This document shows, one piece after another, positions 1 through 11,059 of a stretch of 64,000 nt of DNA. The stretch is from Lama glama (Eukaryota): assembly GCA_028534125.1 (NCBI GenBank), contig CM052817.1, forward strand, positions 26,414,001-26,478,000, in the 5' to 3' direction. The notes under the pieces were generated by a model. That model was not told the DNA's origin. It saw nothing but the letters and a program-made list of their open reading frames with translations, and did no database searches. The stretch's first letter is position 1; every line of letters begins with the position of its first letter. Position numbers and translations under genes: made by a program.

Positions 1-863
1 GGCATATATCACTGTTATTAGTCTCTTTTAATAGCTGTTCAGGCAGAGGTAATGTTAGGTTCTCAGCAATAAGCTGTATCTTGAGATTCTAGGTACTTTG
101 TTAAAACTTTCCTGTTTTGAAATTAATAAAAACATTAATAGAGGTGTCTGTATTGTAATTTCTTAACAGAGGCTCAAGGGATTTTAAAAAATACAAAAAT
201 AATACAAAAGGAAAACATCTATTTTTTCCCTGTGTGGTTGGTTTCATTAGAAAATTTACCATCCATCCCCAGGAGTCTGCTTAAAGATTACTGGTTTCTT
301 AAAAAAAAAAAACAAAAAAAACCTAGAATGTCTCCGTTAGTGTTTCAATTAGACTTAAATGAAGATAAAAATTCACTTGCATTTCCCCCAAATTTCCACT
401 CAGTTTAAAGCAATTACTATAGCAACACTGACAGTCTCTTCGACGCAAAGGAATACTTTGTCAGTTGGCTATTTCGTTTCGTTACGAAAAACACTGATGG
501 TGGAATAAAAAGTAATTGCAAAGGGAGGGAAGCAGGGGGAAGAAAAAACCAGTAAGCATAAGCACCACCACCAGAAAGCAAGGGTGAAAAACTGGTGTAC
601 CTGAAAACACTGAACATTTCAAGCCAGAACATAGAAGAAACTAAGGATAGCAGAGTTTAAGAGGAAAAAAAAAATGGAGCAGGCTTCGGGGGCAGTCTAA
701 TAATACAGTGATCCCAAAAGGGAAGAAAACATCTTTGCTTTTTCTTGGCACCTGAAACTGAAGCTCTAAGCCGGGCAAAGGTCAGCGCCTCCGGGTCTAC
801 GTTGCAAACATGCAATCGTTTTTGTGCCTCCGTCAGCGTGTTCAGACCACACGTTGGCAGCGC

Positions 864-914
864 CGGTCGGGGCCAGGCAGTCTCGGTCGGGGCCAGGCAG
901 TCTCGGTCGGGGCC
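864..914. repeat. 20-bp tandem repeat, 2.5 copies (CGGTCGGGGCCAGGCAGTCT)
   Basis: Identical units at 864-883 and 884-903, partial unit at 904-914. Confidence 0.95.
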
Positions 915-1859
915 GCAGCCGCCGCGGACCCCTTTGTTTTCCCGCTCCGAGGTGGCCGCGCAGAGTCCGTCGCCCGAGCGCGCGTAGGGGCAGCCGGCCG
1001 CGCGCCCGGAAACCCCCCGCGGGCAGCACAGCGCGCGCGGAGGCCGGGCTCGCGCGCCCGCCGCCGCCGCCTAGCACGCCCCGAGTCAACAGCCCAGTTA
1101 GGCCACGCCGAGGCCGCCCGGCTCGCCTGGCAGCCTCTTCCTACTCGCCGCCGGGACCCGCTCGCTGGCGGGCCCGCCCCCGCTCACGTTTCGTTCCCCG
1201 CCTCGACCAGCGAGTACGACCTTGTGTTTATTTTGCATTTGGCGCTAGGGAGAGTCTGAAGAGGCTCAGACAAGGCTGTGGTTCACCGCTTATATCCTCA
1301 GCAATTTCGGGCCCCTTATTGCTATGTTCACCAGCTCAAAACAGCTCCCACCTTCCCCGAAAACCCAACACATTGAAAAGGGCTTGTTCCTTCATGTGAC
1401 CCCCCGAAAAGGGAAGGGGGAAACACGTCAGGCTTTCGGGAGAGCTTTTTTCGGGGGGGGGTAAGTGAGTGGGAGGCCGGGTCCGCTGCGGCAGAACCGG
1501 CCAGGCCGGGACTCGCTCAGCGGAGGGAGCGGGAGAGGCGGGAGCGCCCGCGGCAGGGGTCGCCGGGGTCGGCTTCGCGGGGCGGGCCGACGCGCCCTAG
1601 CGGAGCTCCGGAACGAACCAGAGGTCGCGGCAGGGAGCGGGCGGGGGTGGGGGGAGGCGGAGGAGGCGGAGGGCGGCGATCCACCTGGGCGACGTGGCAG
1701 CCATTCCCTACTCCCCGAGACCCCTCCCCATTCGGCCGCCCACCCGCCCTCTCGCGGCGGGCTGCTGCGAAGCTGCTCTTCCCAGGCCGGACGGAGAGCG
1801 GCAGTGTCTCCCCGCCGGCCGCTCGCCCCGCGTCTCCCCACCGCGGCCGTCGCTGCTCG

Positions 1860-1994
1860 CCAGCCCTGCGCCGCGTCGGAGAGCGCAGTGGCGGCGGCGG
1901 GAAAGGGCTGCGGACTCGCGGCGCCGCGTCGCACTCTGGACGACGCGGCCCCGGCCTCGACGCCGTCTGCCCACTCCTAGAACAGGTAAAGGCG
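1860..1994 (+). other. N4BP2: Probable non-coding exon 1 (5' end approximate)
   Basis: Within the CpG island; ends at consensus donor GCG|GTAAGT (1994/1995) with a second donor CAG|GTAAAG at 1985/1986; the TSS cannot be fixed from sequence. Confidence 0.65.
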
Positions 1995-2935
1995 GTAAGT
2001 GGGAGACGGGGCGGCGGGGCCGGGGTGAGGGTCCTGGAGGGAAGGGATCCTGGGGTCCCCGAGCAGGAGCGGAGAGCCTGAGGCAGTGGCGGGGGGGGCG
2101 CTGCGACCGAAACCCTAACCCCCGAACGTGGGGGGCCAGCGCGGGCCGTCTCCAGTCCGGCCCGTGAGCCCGGCCGCCCGGACGGAAGCGAAGAGAGGCG
2201 GGCCCTGGCGCGCAGCCCGAGGTCGGGCGAAGGCGGGGGCTGCGGCCGCTTCCCGGGCCTCCCAGTCCTTGGCGGGCCTCCAGGCCACGGGCACACCCCT
2301 TTCGCCCCCCAGGGTTTCCCTGTCGGTTCCCGCCGGGTCTTGACCTCGCGCCCCTCCGAGCGCCTTCGGCTTCTCCCCGAAAAGCCTTCTTGGAACTTCG
2401 GGCCACCCTCCCGCGCACGTAGTCCTAGCATAGCCCTTTATTTACTCACTTCTTCAGATCCAAACATAGCCACTCACTCCGCACGTTCCGATTTTGGGTG
2501 CTGCGGGGAGGCATTCCCTGTTCCTGCTATCTGTCCTCCTTTGATTCTAGTCCACACCCTTCTCCCCCATGGCAACTTTGATCCCCACTGGGACCCTCTG
2601 TGAGTCCTAGTGTGATCTGGACCGCTCCAAGATGTCTGTTTGGAAATTTGTCTTTGATAGAGTGAGTCATCTGACCCGGGACAGTTTTATTCCTTACGCT
2701 CTTTTTGTTAAAACGTGGTTTTGTTTGTTTGTTTTACCCTCTCTCAGAAAGAGAGCTAGAGTAATTAAAAAAAAAAGTGTAGATGCTAGATCAAGCTCAC
2801 TGTTGGTTTTAAAGAACCTTCCTTTCGGCAACAGTCTTTGCCGAACTAGGATCTGATATTTGTGGCACCGACAGGTTTGTACACATTCTCGCCATGCAGT
2901 GGTTGTAATGTCTCCATAGCACAGTTCTGACTCTG

Positions 2936-3039
2936 GCCAATCCAGCTGGATTGGCTGGTTTTTCTACTCAACGTCTTTAAGCCAATCAAAAGGCGCTGCT
3001 TGCCTGGAGACTGGTTAACTCAGAAAAGGTGGGGATTGG
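2936..3039. promoter_or_regulatory. Cluster of four CCAAT boxes (NF-Y-type), including a perfect 20-bp palindrome
   Basis: CCAAT 2937-2941, ATTGG 2950-2954, CCAAT 2982-2986, ATTGG 3035-3039. Confidence 0.5.
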
Positions 3040-4739
3040 TTGAGCTCCGAGAGAAAATCTGGAGATGAACCTGGCTTCTCAGAAAACAATGACTGGTTTG
3101 CAGCTGCCTCTCTTCCACTTTTTTTTTTTTTTTTTGCTATCTTTTCATCCCAACAACAGCAGCCATTTAATTCTGTTTTTATTATTTCCATCGTTTTTCT
3201 CTCAGTTGCCCAGCTCTCTTTGTAACTCATTTAAATCCTCATTCTTCAGTTTTCAATGAAAGACTTCTTAAATCTTTAAAGCTACGTAAACATCATGTGT
3301 TTTGTGTTTTGATAATCAGCGTGGTTCAATTTTCTTATATTGTCTGCTTTTAAAGGTCAGAAATTCAATCAACTTTTTGTTACTGTGCCAGAGCCTTTAT
3401 TGTTCAAGGGGCTGCGGGAGGGTAGGGGTCTGCAGTGGTGGAGACAGTGAAAAGAATAGGAAGGAAATGGCTACTTTCCTACAAGGATGCCACACTTAAG
3501 TTCATGAAAAAAGACTAACGTATAAAACAACACAACCCAGGACAAATCAGAGTGTAGTACTTATGACTGTCAATTTGTATACCTGTTGACTTTGGTTGCC
3601 TTGAAGGGGAGAGTAAAGAGGACCCAGTACTGGACGTTATAGAAGAAGTAAGCTCAAGTTATAGTAAAGGAATGTTTTTTCCTTATTAAAGTAGGCATAG
3701 TAGCTGTATAAAATAGAGGCTAGATAAATATTACCAGTGTTGGTACATGCTTTTTTAATACCATCTGAGGATTTTTCTTCTCTTAAAATCTCCCTTTTCT
3801 TCGTGATTATCCGTGGTTAGGCATGTTTTTTGATATGCAAAGCAGTAATCATTTATTAGACAAGGTGAATTTTGGAGAATAGCTACCATTTTTGCCTTCC
3901 TTCCATTCACCTTATATACAAGCTCACGTTTTAAGTCTTTGGAAGGATCTCAGTTTGTCAGGTCGAACATCAGATCTTATCAGATCACATTTTTAAATGC
4001 CTTTAGAAGTAGTTTTATTAGCAATTAAAGAAGAGACTGTAATTTTTTTGATATTTACCGTGCCAGACAATGAGTAAGCCAGATGCTATTAGGTCTATAT
4101 CTAGACTTGACCTTTAATAATACTTCTTTTGTCTTTTACTGGATTTTTGTGGCTGTACCATTTGCTTTTATAATGTTACTTTCATAATATGCTCAGGTAT
4201 TTAGTAGAGTGAATATCCCCTATGTTCCTTTAAAAAAATTTTTTTTAATACATCCACTCTATTCATTAAATTTAAGAATTAGATTGGGAGACTGACATGA
4301 ATAATATTTAATTTTTCTGTTCTGAAGCAAACCATCCTTTTAAAAAAATTTCTTTTGTCTTTGAATTGAAATTGAAAAATTTCTTCTGCTTGTAGTGTCT
4401 TCCCTGGTCTCCCTGTCCTCCTCCCCTTAAACTCTCTGATAACCTACTTCAAGATTTAGGTGGTATTTGTTGTAAAGTGTTCTTTTGTTTCTTTCCCCAG
4501 CAGAGATAATCACTTACTCATTGTATTAACTCTGAGCATTTGATGTAGTATTTCCATTATACGCTTGTTGCTACATTGAGCTACCTCCTCCCTATGGTAA
4601 CTGTGAGCTTCACTCAATTTTACTCACTTTTCCTCCTAACATTAGTCCCAAAGCTATAGGTATATAGGATAGTAAATAATTTTGGCATGAATAAAGGGGA
4701 TATTTTAGTTTAAAAAATATTTCTCGCAGTTACTATCTG

Positions 4740-5770
4740 CATGCTGATAATTCTCTTATCTCCCATGCAGGGCTTTTTCCTGATTACTGGGCTCATATAC
4801 CATCTATCTTCATGACATGTTTATTTGTATGCTTCCACAGGCGTCTTAAATTGAGCATATCCCAAACTGTAGTCATTATCAGCCTTCCCTCTCTGAGCCT
4901 CAAACCAAAAATACAAACAAACTGCCTCTCTTCTGTTTTCTTTCTAGGGGGAAGATTAAATGAGATAATGCATGTGTGGTAAGCATTCAGTAAATAGTAG
5001 GCACTGCTAATAATAATTTGGCAGGAACATGGGCTATTCCTTTTTTTCTCTTTTTCCTTTTGGATTCTGATTGATCACTGAGCCCTGTTGGATTCTTTCT
5101 CCTTAATCTCTCTTGAATCTCTGCCTTTTCTCTATTCCCAAGGCTGTCATCCTCCTCCATGGGTAGCACCATCTCTCACCGGGATTGCTGTGGTAGCCTC
5201 CTAAGTGGTTATCCCTGCTTGCAGACTTGCCTTCCACTCCATTTTCCCCACTGTAGCCGGAGTAATCTCTGACGCATTTGAACCTGTAACTCCTCTGCTA
5301 AAAACCTTGTTTTGTGGCTTTTCATTGCCTTCAGGATAAAATCTTAACTTCTTAATTTGGCTTTCGGGATCTTCATGATCTGGCTTCTGTTTACCTCTTC
5401 GTCCTCTGTTACTTTTTTCCTTTGAATAATCATATTTAGTTGCTGCATTTCTCCCTCTAGATGCCAAGTTTGTGAAATCTAGGCCTGAGAACAGAAGCTT
5501 TCCTCTGGAATGCCTTCCCTAGCTTCCTGCTTCCCTCCCCTTTGGTTTTGTTGACTCACACATTTCTGTCTATAGAGGTGGTACCTCTTCGGGGAAGCCA
5601 GCCCTCTTTTATACCCTAAGGCTGGGCTACTCGCATCTTCCACTTGTTTCCCACCCGCATCTTCCACTTGTTTCCCACCCGCATCTTCTACTTGTTTCCC
5701 CAGTGCTGTGAATTCTCAGAATTCTCTTACCGTGTTGTTACTGCTTATTGTCATCTTACCATGTACTGCT
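4740..5770 (+). mobile_element. Old L2 LINE fragments (with a MIR-like piece ~4945-5010)
   Basis: Pyrimidine-rich L2 3'-like motifs (cacaggcgtcttaaattgagcatatcccaaactg; tggcttttcattgccttcaggataaaatc). Confidence 0.6.
5632..5700. repeat. 24-bp tandem repeat, ~2.9 copies (CGCATCTTCCACTTGTTTCCCACC)
   Basis: Units start at 5632, 5656 and 5680; one mismatch in the third. Confidence 0.95.
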
Positions 5771-6007
5771 TAGGATGCAACAAAAAAGAGGCAGATAGAC
5801 TGCGTAAAAAAAGGATGTGATTCGCATAGTGTGTATAAAAAGGGAATTAAACAGTAATTTGGGGGTATACCTAGTAGGGAAGAGAACGACGCCATGTCTG
5901 ATAGATGAAAGTTTTCTAAATAGGAAAGGCTGAGTCAGTAGGTCCTTTTACAGCGTCAATGAAATATCTTTACAGATAATTTCCATCTTACTCAGTTGCT
6001 CTGGTTT

Positions 6008-6460
6008 TTAGTTAAGACTTTTTGGATTGCAAATAACAGAGAAACCACCTTAAATAGGCTATGGAAGGAAAAGTTACTGGTTCAATTAGCATATGACAGA
6101 AATTGAATGGACAGAGAAGGCAATAAGGAGCTAAGGTGGGAACTTGCCCATAGGTAGATCCTTCATACACTTATCAGTACACAGTGGCCCCTTCTCCCCT
6201 ACTGTGGATATGCTTCTTCACACGGTGGGACCTGGTTCCTGGCAGCATAGGCTTATCTACCTGGAGCCTCCAGATAGATTTGGTCACATGCCTCTGCCTT
6301 GACCAATTCCTGCAGCTTAGGGGATAAGGTGACTGCCTGGTTCAGCCTAGATCATGTGATGTGCTCACTGATAAGGCCAGGGGTCTCTTAGAAATCAGAC
6401 CCCTGTGGAGTAGGGGAGGAGAAAGAGTTCTGGGTAGATATGAAGAACAGCCAGTCTAAT
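6008..6460. mobile_element. Old MaLR LTR remnant (MLT1J/K/L-like)
   Basis: Motifs gattgcaaataacagagaaacc, ggtcacatgcctctgccttgaccaat and gcctagatcatgtg typical of old MLT1 LTRs. Confidence 0.5.
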
Positions 6461-7454
6461 TCTTAACCACCCTTCTGATTATAAATTTGTTTTTCTAGGT
6501 ATTTTATTTATGGGAAAGAGATGCCCTGTATTGTGGACGTGGGTATTCCAGGTACTGAAATGGTAAGTCCAATATTTTAAAGAACTAAAGTGACTTTCTG
6601 GCTTGTGTTGGCATATAACAAATATTTAATAAGCTCTTGTTTGCTAAATAAAAAAAACATTATCTGTGAGATGCTTATAGACTAGTAATCTAAACAAGTA
6701 AACACAGAGGTGCTAAGATAGAGGTAAATCTAGGGTGCAGTGGGAGCTGTGTGTAAATCAGACTTTGGGACAGTAGAAAACTTTCCTGAAGGAAAGTTAA
6801 TTGAGCCAAGAAATATGGGTTGGGTGGGATGGGATAGAGGGACATGTGTGAGAATTTTTAAATATAGGAAGGAGAGGATGGAGCTTTTTGGTGAGTGGTA
6901 GTTGGTAGGAAAGTGGTGGTTGAGTAGGGGATGGTTTATGTACAGTCAGTCATACAGGGGAATACAGAGTACCTAGTAGAGTATTTTGCATATAGTTTCT
7001 GAAGTTATAAAGATCCAGTAAACGTATTATATCAGGAGACCTAAAGTTGATAAATTCTTAACCACCCTTGATAAATATTTGTGTAGTTGTAATTAAATGT
7101 ATGTTTCTCAGGATTTCTATTTGTAATTTTCTTTTCTGTTCTGTTTCTGACTCCACCTCTCTTGAGTGAACATTTTCTTTCCCTGCTAAACCACCTTCTC
7201 TTAGATTTTTTCTTTGTAGTTGAACCCCTTAGAGTTTTTTTTTTTAATTGTGGTAAACATATAGCAAAACTTATCATCTTAACTATTTTTAAGTGAACAG
7301 AAAGTGGTGTTAATATGTGCATAGTTAATACAACAGGTCTCTAGAACTTTTTCATTTTGCAGAACTGAAGCTATACTACTGAACAATTCCTTTCTCCATC
7401 TCCCTATCTCTATCTAGCTCCTGGCATCCATCATCTTACTAAGAGTTTGACTAC

Positions 7455-8419
7455 TTTATTTTTTGTTGAGGTATAGTTGATGTACAATATTATTTATGTT
7501 TTAGGTGTACAACATAGTGATTCACAATTTTTAAAGTTTATACTCCATTTATAGTTAATATAAAATATTGGCTGTATTCCTTGGGTTGTACAATATATCC
7601 TTGTAGCTCATTTATTTTACACATAGTAGTTTGTACCTCTTAATTCCCTACCCCTGTCTTGTACTACCCCCCTTCTTCCCACTGGTAAACACTAGTTTAT
7701 TCTCTATATCAGTGAGTCTGTTTCTTCTTTGTTATATTCATTAGTTTGTTTTATTTTTTAGATTCCATATAAGTGATATCATACAGTATTTGTCTTTCTC
7801 TTTCTGACTTATTTCACTTGCCATAATACCTTCTAAGTTCATCCATGTTGTTGCAAATGGCAAAATTTCATTCCTGTTTTTTTTTTTTTAATGGAGGTAC
7901 TGAGGATTGAACCCAGGACCTCATGCTTGCTAAGTATGTGTTCTACCACTGAACTGTATTCCCCCCTCCACACTTTCTTTTTTTTATAAGGCTGAGTAGT
8001 ATTCCATTGTATATATACCACATCTTCTTTATCCATCCATCTGTTGATGAACACTTAGGTTGCTTCCATATCCTGGCTGTTGTAAATAGTGCTGCTAAGT
8101 GAACATTGGGGTGCCTGTATCTTTTGGAATTAGTGTTTTCATTTTTTTTGTGTGTGTATATACCCGTGAGTGGAATTGCTGGGTCATATGGTAGTTTTAG
8201 TTTTTTTGTGAAACCTCCATACTGTTTTCACAGTGCCTGCACCAGTTTACATTCCCAAGGGTTCCCTTTTCTCCATATCCTTGCCAGTATTTGTTATTTG
8301 TGTCTTTTTGATGATAGCCATTCTGACAGGTGTGAGATGATAGCTCATTGTGGTTTTAATTTGCTCTGATGATTAATGATGTTGAGCATCTTTTCATGTG
8401 CCTGTTGGCCATCTGTATG
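7455..8419 (-). mobile_element. 5'-truncated L1 nested in the older L1
   Basis: L1 3' end (gaggtatagttgatgtacaatatt...); TSD GAGTTTGACTAC at 7443-7454 and 8420-8431. Confidence 0.85.
7877..7969 (-). mobile_element. tRNA-derived SINE, camelid vic-1-like
   Basis: The reverse complement has an A box (cagttcagtggtaga), a B box (gggttcaatcc) and a poly-A tail; matches three other copies in the window. Confidence 0.85.
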
Positions 8420-9104
8420 GAGTTTGACTACCTTAGATACCTCACATAAGAAGCATCATACACTATCTGTCTTTTTGTGACTGGCTTATTTCGCTTAGCA
8501 TAATGCCCGACAGGTTCATCCATATTATAGCATATGACAAGATTTTCTTCTTTTTAAAGGCTGCATAATATTCCATTATGTAATATATATGTGTGTGTGT
8601 GTATTTGTGTACCCCACATTTTCTTTATCCAGTTTTCTATGGGTGAACATTTAGATTGCATGGACAGTTTGCTTCTACCTCTTGGCTATTGTGAATAATG
8701 CTGCATTGAACATGGGTGTGCAAATATCTCTTGGAGATCCTGTTTTCAGTCTCTTTGGATATATATCCAAAAGTGGGATTGCTGGATCATATTCTATTTT
8801 ACTTTTTTGAGGAGTCTCCATATTGTTTTCCTTAGTGGCTGCACCATTTTACATTCTCATCAACAGTACACAAGGGTTCCAATTTCTCCACATCCTTAAC
8901 AGCATTTGTTTTGCTTTGTTTTTGTTTTTGATAGTGACCATCCTAACGGCTGTGACATCATATCTCATTATGGTTTTGGTCACTTCTCCCTGATGATTCA
9001 TGATATGGAGCATCTTTTCATATGCTTGTTGGCCATTTGCCTATTCAAGTCCTTTGTCCGTTCTTAAAATCAAGTTGTGTTTTGTTGTTGAGTTGTAGGA
9101 ATTC

Positions 9105-9297
9105 TTTTTTTTTGAATTTTTCTGTTTTTTGTTTGTTTTGTTTTACCACTTTAAATTATTTTCTTAGGGGGGAGGTATTAGATTTATTTATTTTTATTTC
9201 ATTATTACTATTATTTTTAATGGACGTACTAGGGATTGAACCAAGGACCTTGTGCATGCTAAGCATGTACTCTACCACTGAGCTATACCCTCCCCAC
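9105..9297 (-). mobile_element. tRNA-derived SINE, vic-1-like, long-tailed form
   Basis: Same tRNA-like head plus an AT-rich tail; imperfect TSD taggaattcttt (9096) / taggagtttttt (9298). Confidence 0.85.
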
Positions 9298-10042
9298 TAG
9301 GAGTTTTTTTATGTATTCTGGATATTAACCCCTAATCAGATACATGATTTTCAAATACTTTCATTCCATAGGTTGCCTTTTCACTCTATTGATTGTTTCC
9401 TTTGCTGTGCAGAGTTTTTAAGTTTGATGTAGTCCTATTTGTTTACTTTGCTTTTGTTTCTTGTGTTTCTTTGCCATATCCAAGAAATCATTGCCAAGTC
9501 CAATGTTATGAAGCTTTCCCCCATGTTTTCTTCTAGGAGTTTTATAGTTTCAGGTCTTACATTTAGGTCTCTAGCCATTTTGAGTTAATTTTTGTATATA
9601 GTGTTACAGAAGGTTCAGCTTCATTCTTTTAAATGTGGATATCCAGTTTCCCCAGCACCACCCTGTTGTGTAGCCTTGGTATCCTTGTCGAAGGTTATTT
9701 AGCCATAAATGTAAGGGTTTATTTCTGGGCTTTATGTTTTTTTCTGTTGCTCTTATGTTTGTCTGTATGCCAGTACCATACTGTTTTGATTATAGTATCT
9801 TTGTATGTTTTTTAAACCATATATATTTTTTAAAAGTTGAAATATGGTTAATTTACAATGTTGTGTTAGTTTCAGGTATACAGCAAAGTGATTCAGTTAT
9901 GTGATATGTGTGCGTGTGTGTGTATCTATATTCTTTTTCAGATTCTTTTCCATTATAGGTTGTTACAAGATACTGAATGTAGTTCCCTATGCTATACAGT
10001 AGGTCCTTGTTTATCTAGTTTCATATATAGTAGTGTGTATTT

Positions 10043-10168
10043 TTTTTAACATTTTTTATTGATTTATAATCATTTTACAATGTTGTGTCAAATTCCAGTG
10101 TTCAGCACAATTTTTCAGTCATTCATGGACATATACACACTCATTGTCACATTTTTTTCTCTGTGAGT
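10043..10168 (-). mobile_element. Young, extremely 5'-truncated L1 3' end
   Basis: Perfect 17-bp TSD TATAGTAGTGTGTATTT at 10026-10042 and 10169-10185; poly-T and TTTATT (antisense polyA signal). Confidence 0.85.
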
Positions 10169-10449
10169 TATAGTAGTGTGTATTTATTAATCCTAAACTC
10201 CTAATTTATCCCTCCCCACCCCCTACTTTCCCCTTTGGTAACCATAGTTTATTTTCTGTATCTGTGAGTCTATTTCTGTTTTGTAAATGAGTTCATTTGT
10301 ATCATTTTTTTTAGATTCCACATATAAGTGATATCCTATGATATTTGTCTTTCTCTGTCTGACTTACGTCCCTTAATATGGTGATCTCTAGGTACATCCA
10401 TGTTGCTGCAAATGGCATTATTTTATTCTTTATGGCTGAGTAATACTCC

Positions 10450-10452
<3 letters not shown>

Positions 10453-10492
<40 letters not shown>
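10453..10492. repeat. (GT)20 microsatellite
   Basis: Uninterrupted dinucleotide run. Confidence 0.98.
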
Positions 10493-10495
<3 letters not shown>

Positions 10496-11059
10496 CACAC
10501 ACATAAACACTTCATCTTCTTTATCCATTCATCTGTCATGTCAAGCATTTATGTTGCTTCCATGTCTTGGCTATTGTAAATAGTGCTGCTGTGAACACTG
10601 GGGTGCATGTATCTTTTTGAATTAGAGTTTTCTCTGGATATATGCCCAGGAGTGGGATTATAGGATCATATGGTATCTCCATTTTTAGTTTTTTAAGGAA
10701 CCATAATACGTTCTGAAATCAGGAAGTGTGAAGGCTCTAGCTTTGTTTTTCTTTCTCAAGGTTGTTTTGGCTATTTGGGGTTCTTTTCTTAATTTTTATC
10801 ATTTAAAAATTTTCCTCTTATTTTCTTCCTTCCCTTTACTTAACCATGATTGAATTTTTCTTTTTCTTAGAACACATGTGGACATGTAACCAGATATAAC
10901 CTTTAAAATATGGAGTGTGGCCTGCTTTATAAAAACTTGGCATGTTTGGATTAGAGGTTTTAAATCAAGGGTTAGTATTTGAATTAAAAAGATTTTTTTC
11001 TTTACTTTGCAGAGGTAAACAAACCAGTTTACTTGCAGCATAGTACACTTAAAAAACTT

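Larger units (their letters stand above)
770..2440. promoter_or_regulatory. CpG-island promoter of N4BP2 (two GC-rich lobes, ~770-1220 and ~1470-2440)
   Basis: Very high GC and CpG density against AT-rich flanks; GC boxes (e.g. GGGGCGGGCC ~1579-1588); lies upstream of the N4BP2 exons. Confidence 0.9.
9812..10704 (-). mobile_element. 5'-truncated L1 3' end nested in the older L1
   Basis: L1 3'UTR motifs (gaaatatggttaatttacaatgttgtgttagtttcaggt...); the host L1 resumes at ~10705; minus-strand ORF 10311-10502 has the L1 ORF2 C-terminal MEYYSAIK...PFAATWM motif. Confidence 0.8.
7235..10790 (-). mobile_element. Old L1M 3' portion, host of several nested insertions
   Basis: Antisense L1 3'UTR/ORF2 motifs (aattgtggtaaa..., ccaagaaatcattgccaag, gccagtaccatactgttttgat, gaaatcaggaagtgtga). 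Confidence 0.85.

Noticed and set aside
2110..2122. Telomere-like AACCCTAACCC
   Set aside because: Fewer than two full units; consistent with chance
745..2603. Many overlapping 70-300 aa Arg/Pro/Gly-rich ORFs on both strands
   Set aside because: Expected stop-codon scarcity in a CpG island; mostly non-ATG starts and no recognisable domain
7890..7969. Functional tRNA-Ala genes (also at 9219, 54317, 62935)
   Set aside because: Poly-A tails, insertion into other repeats and mutual divergence indicate SINEs
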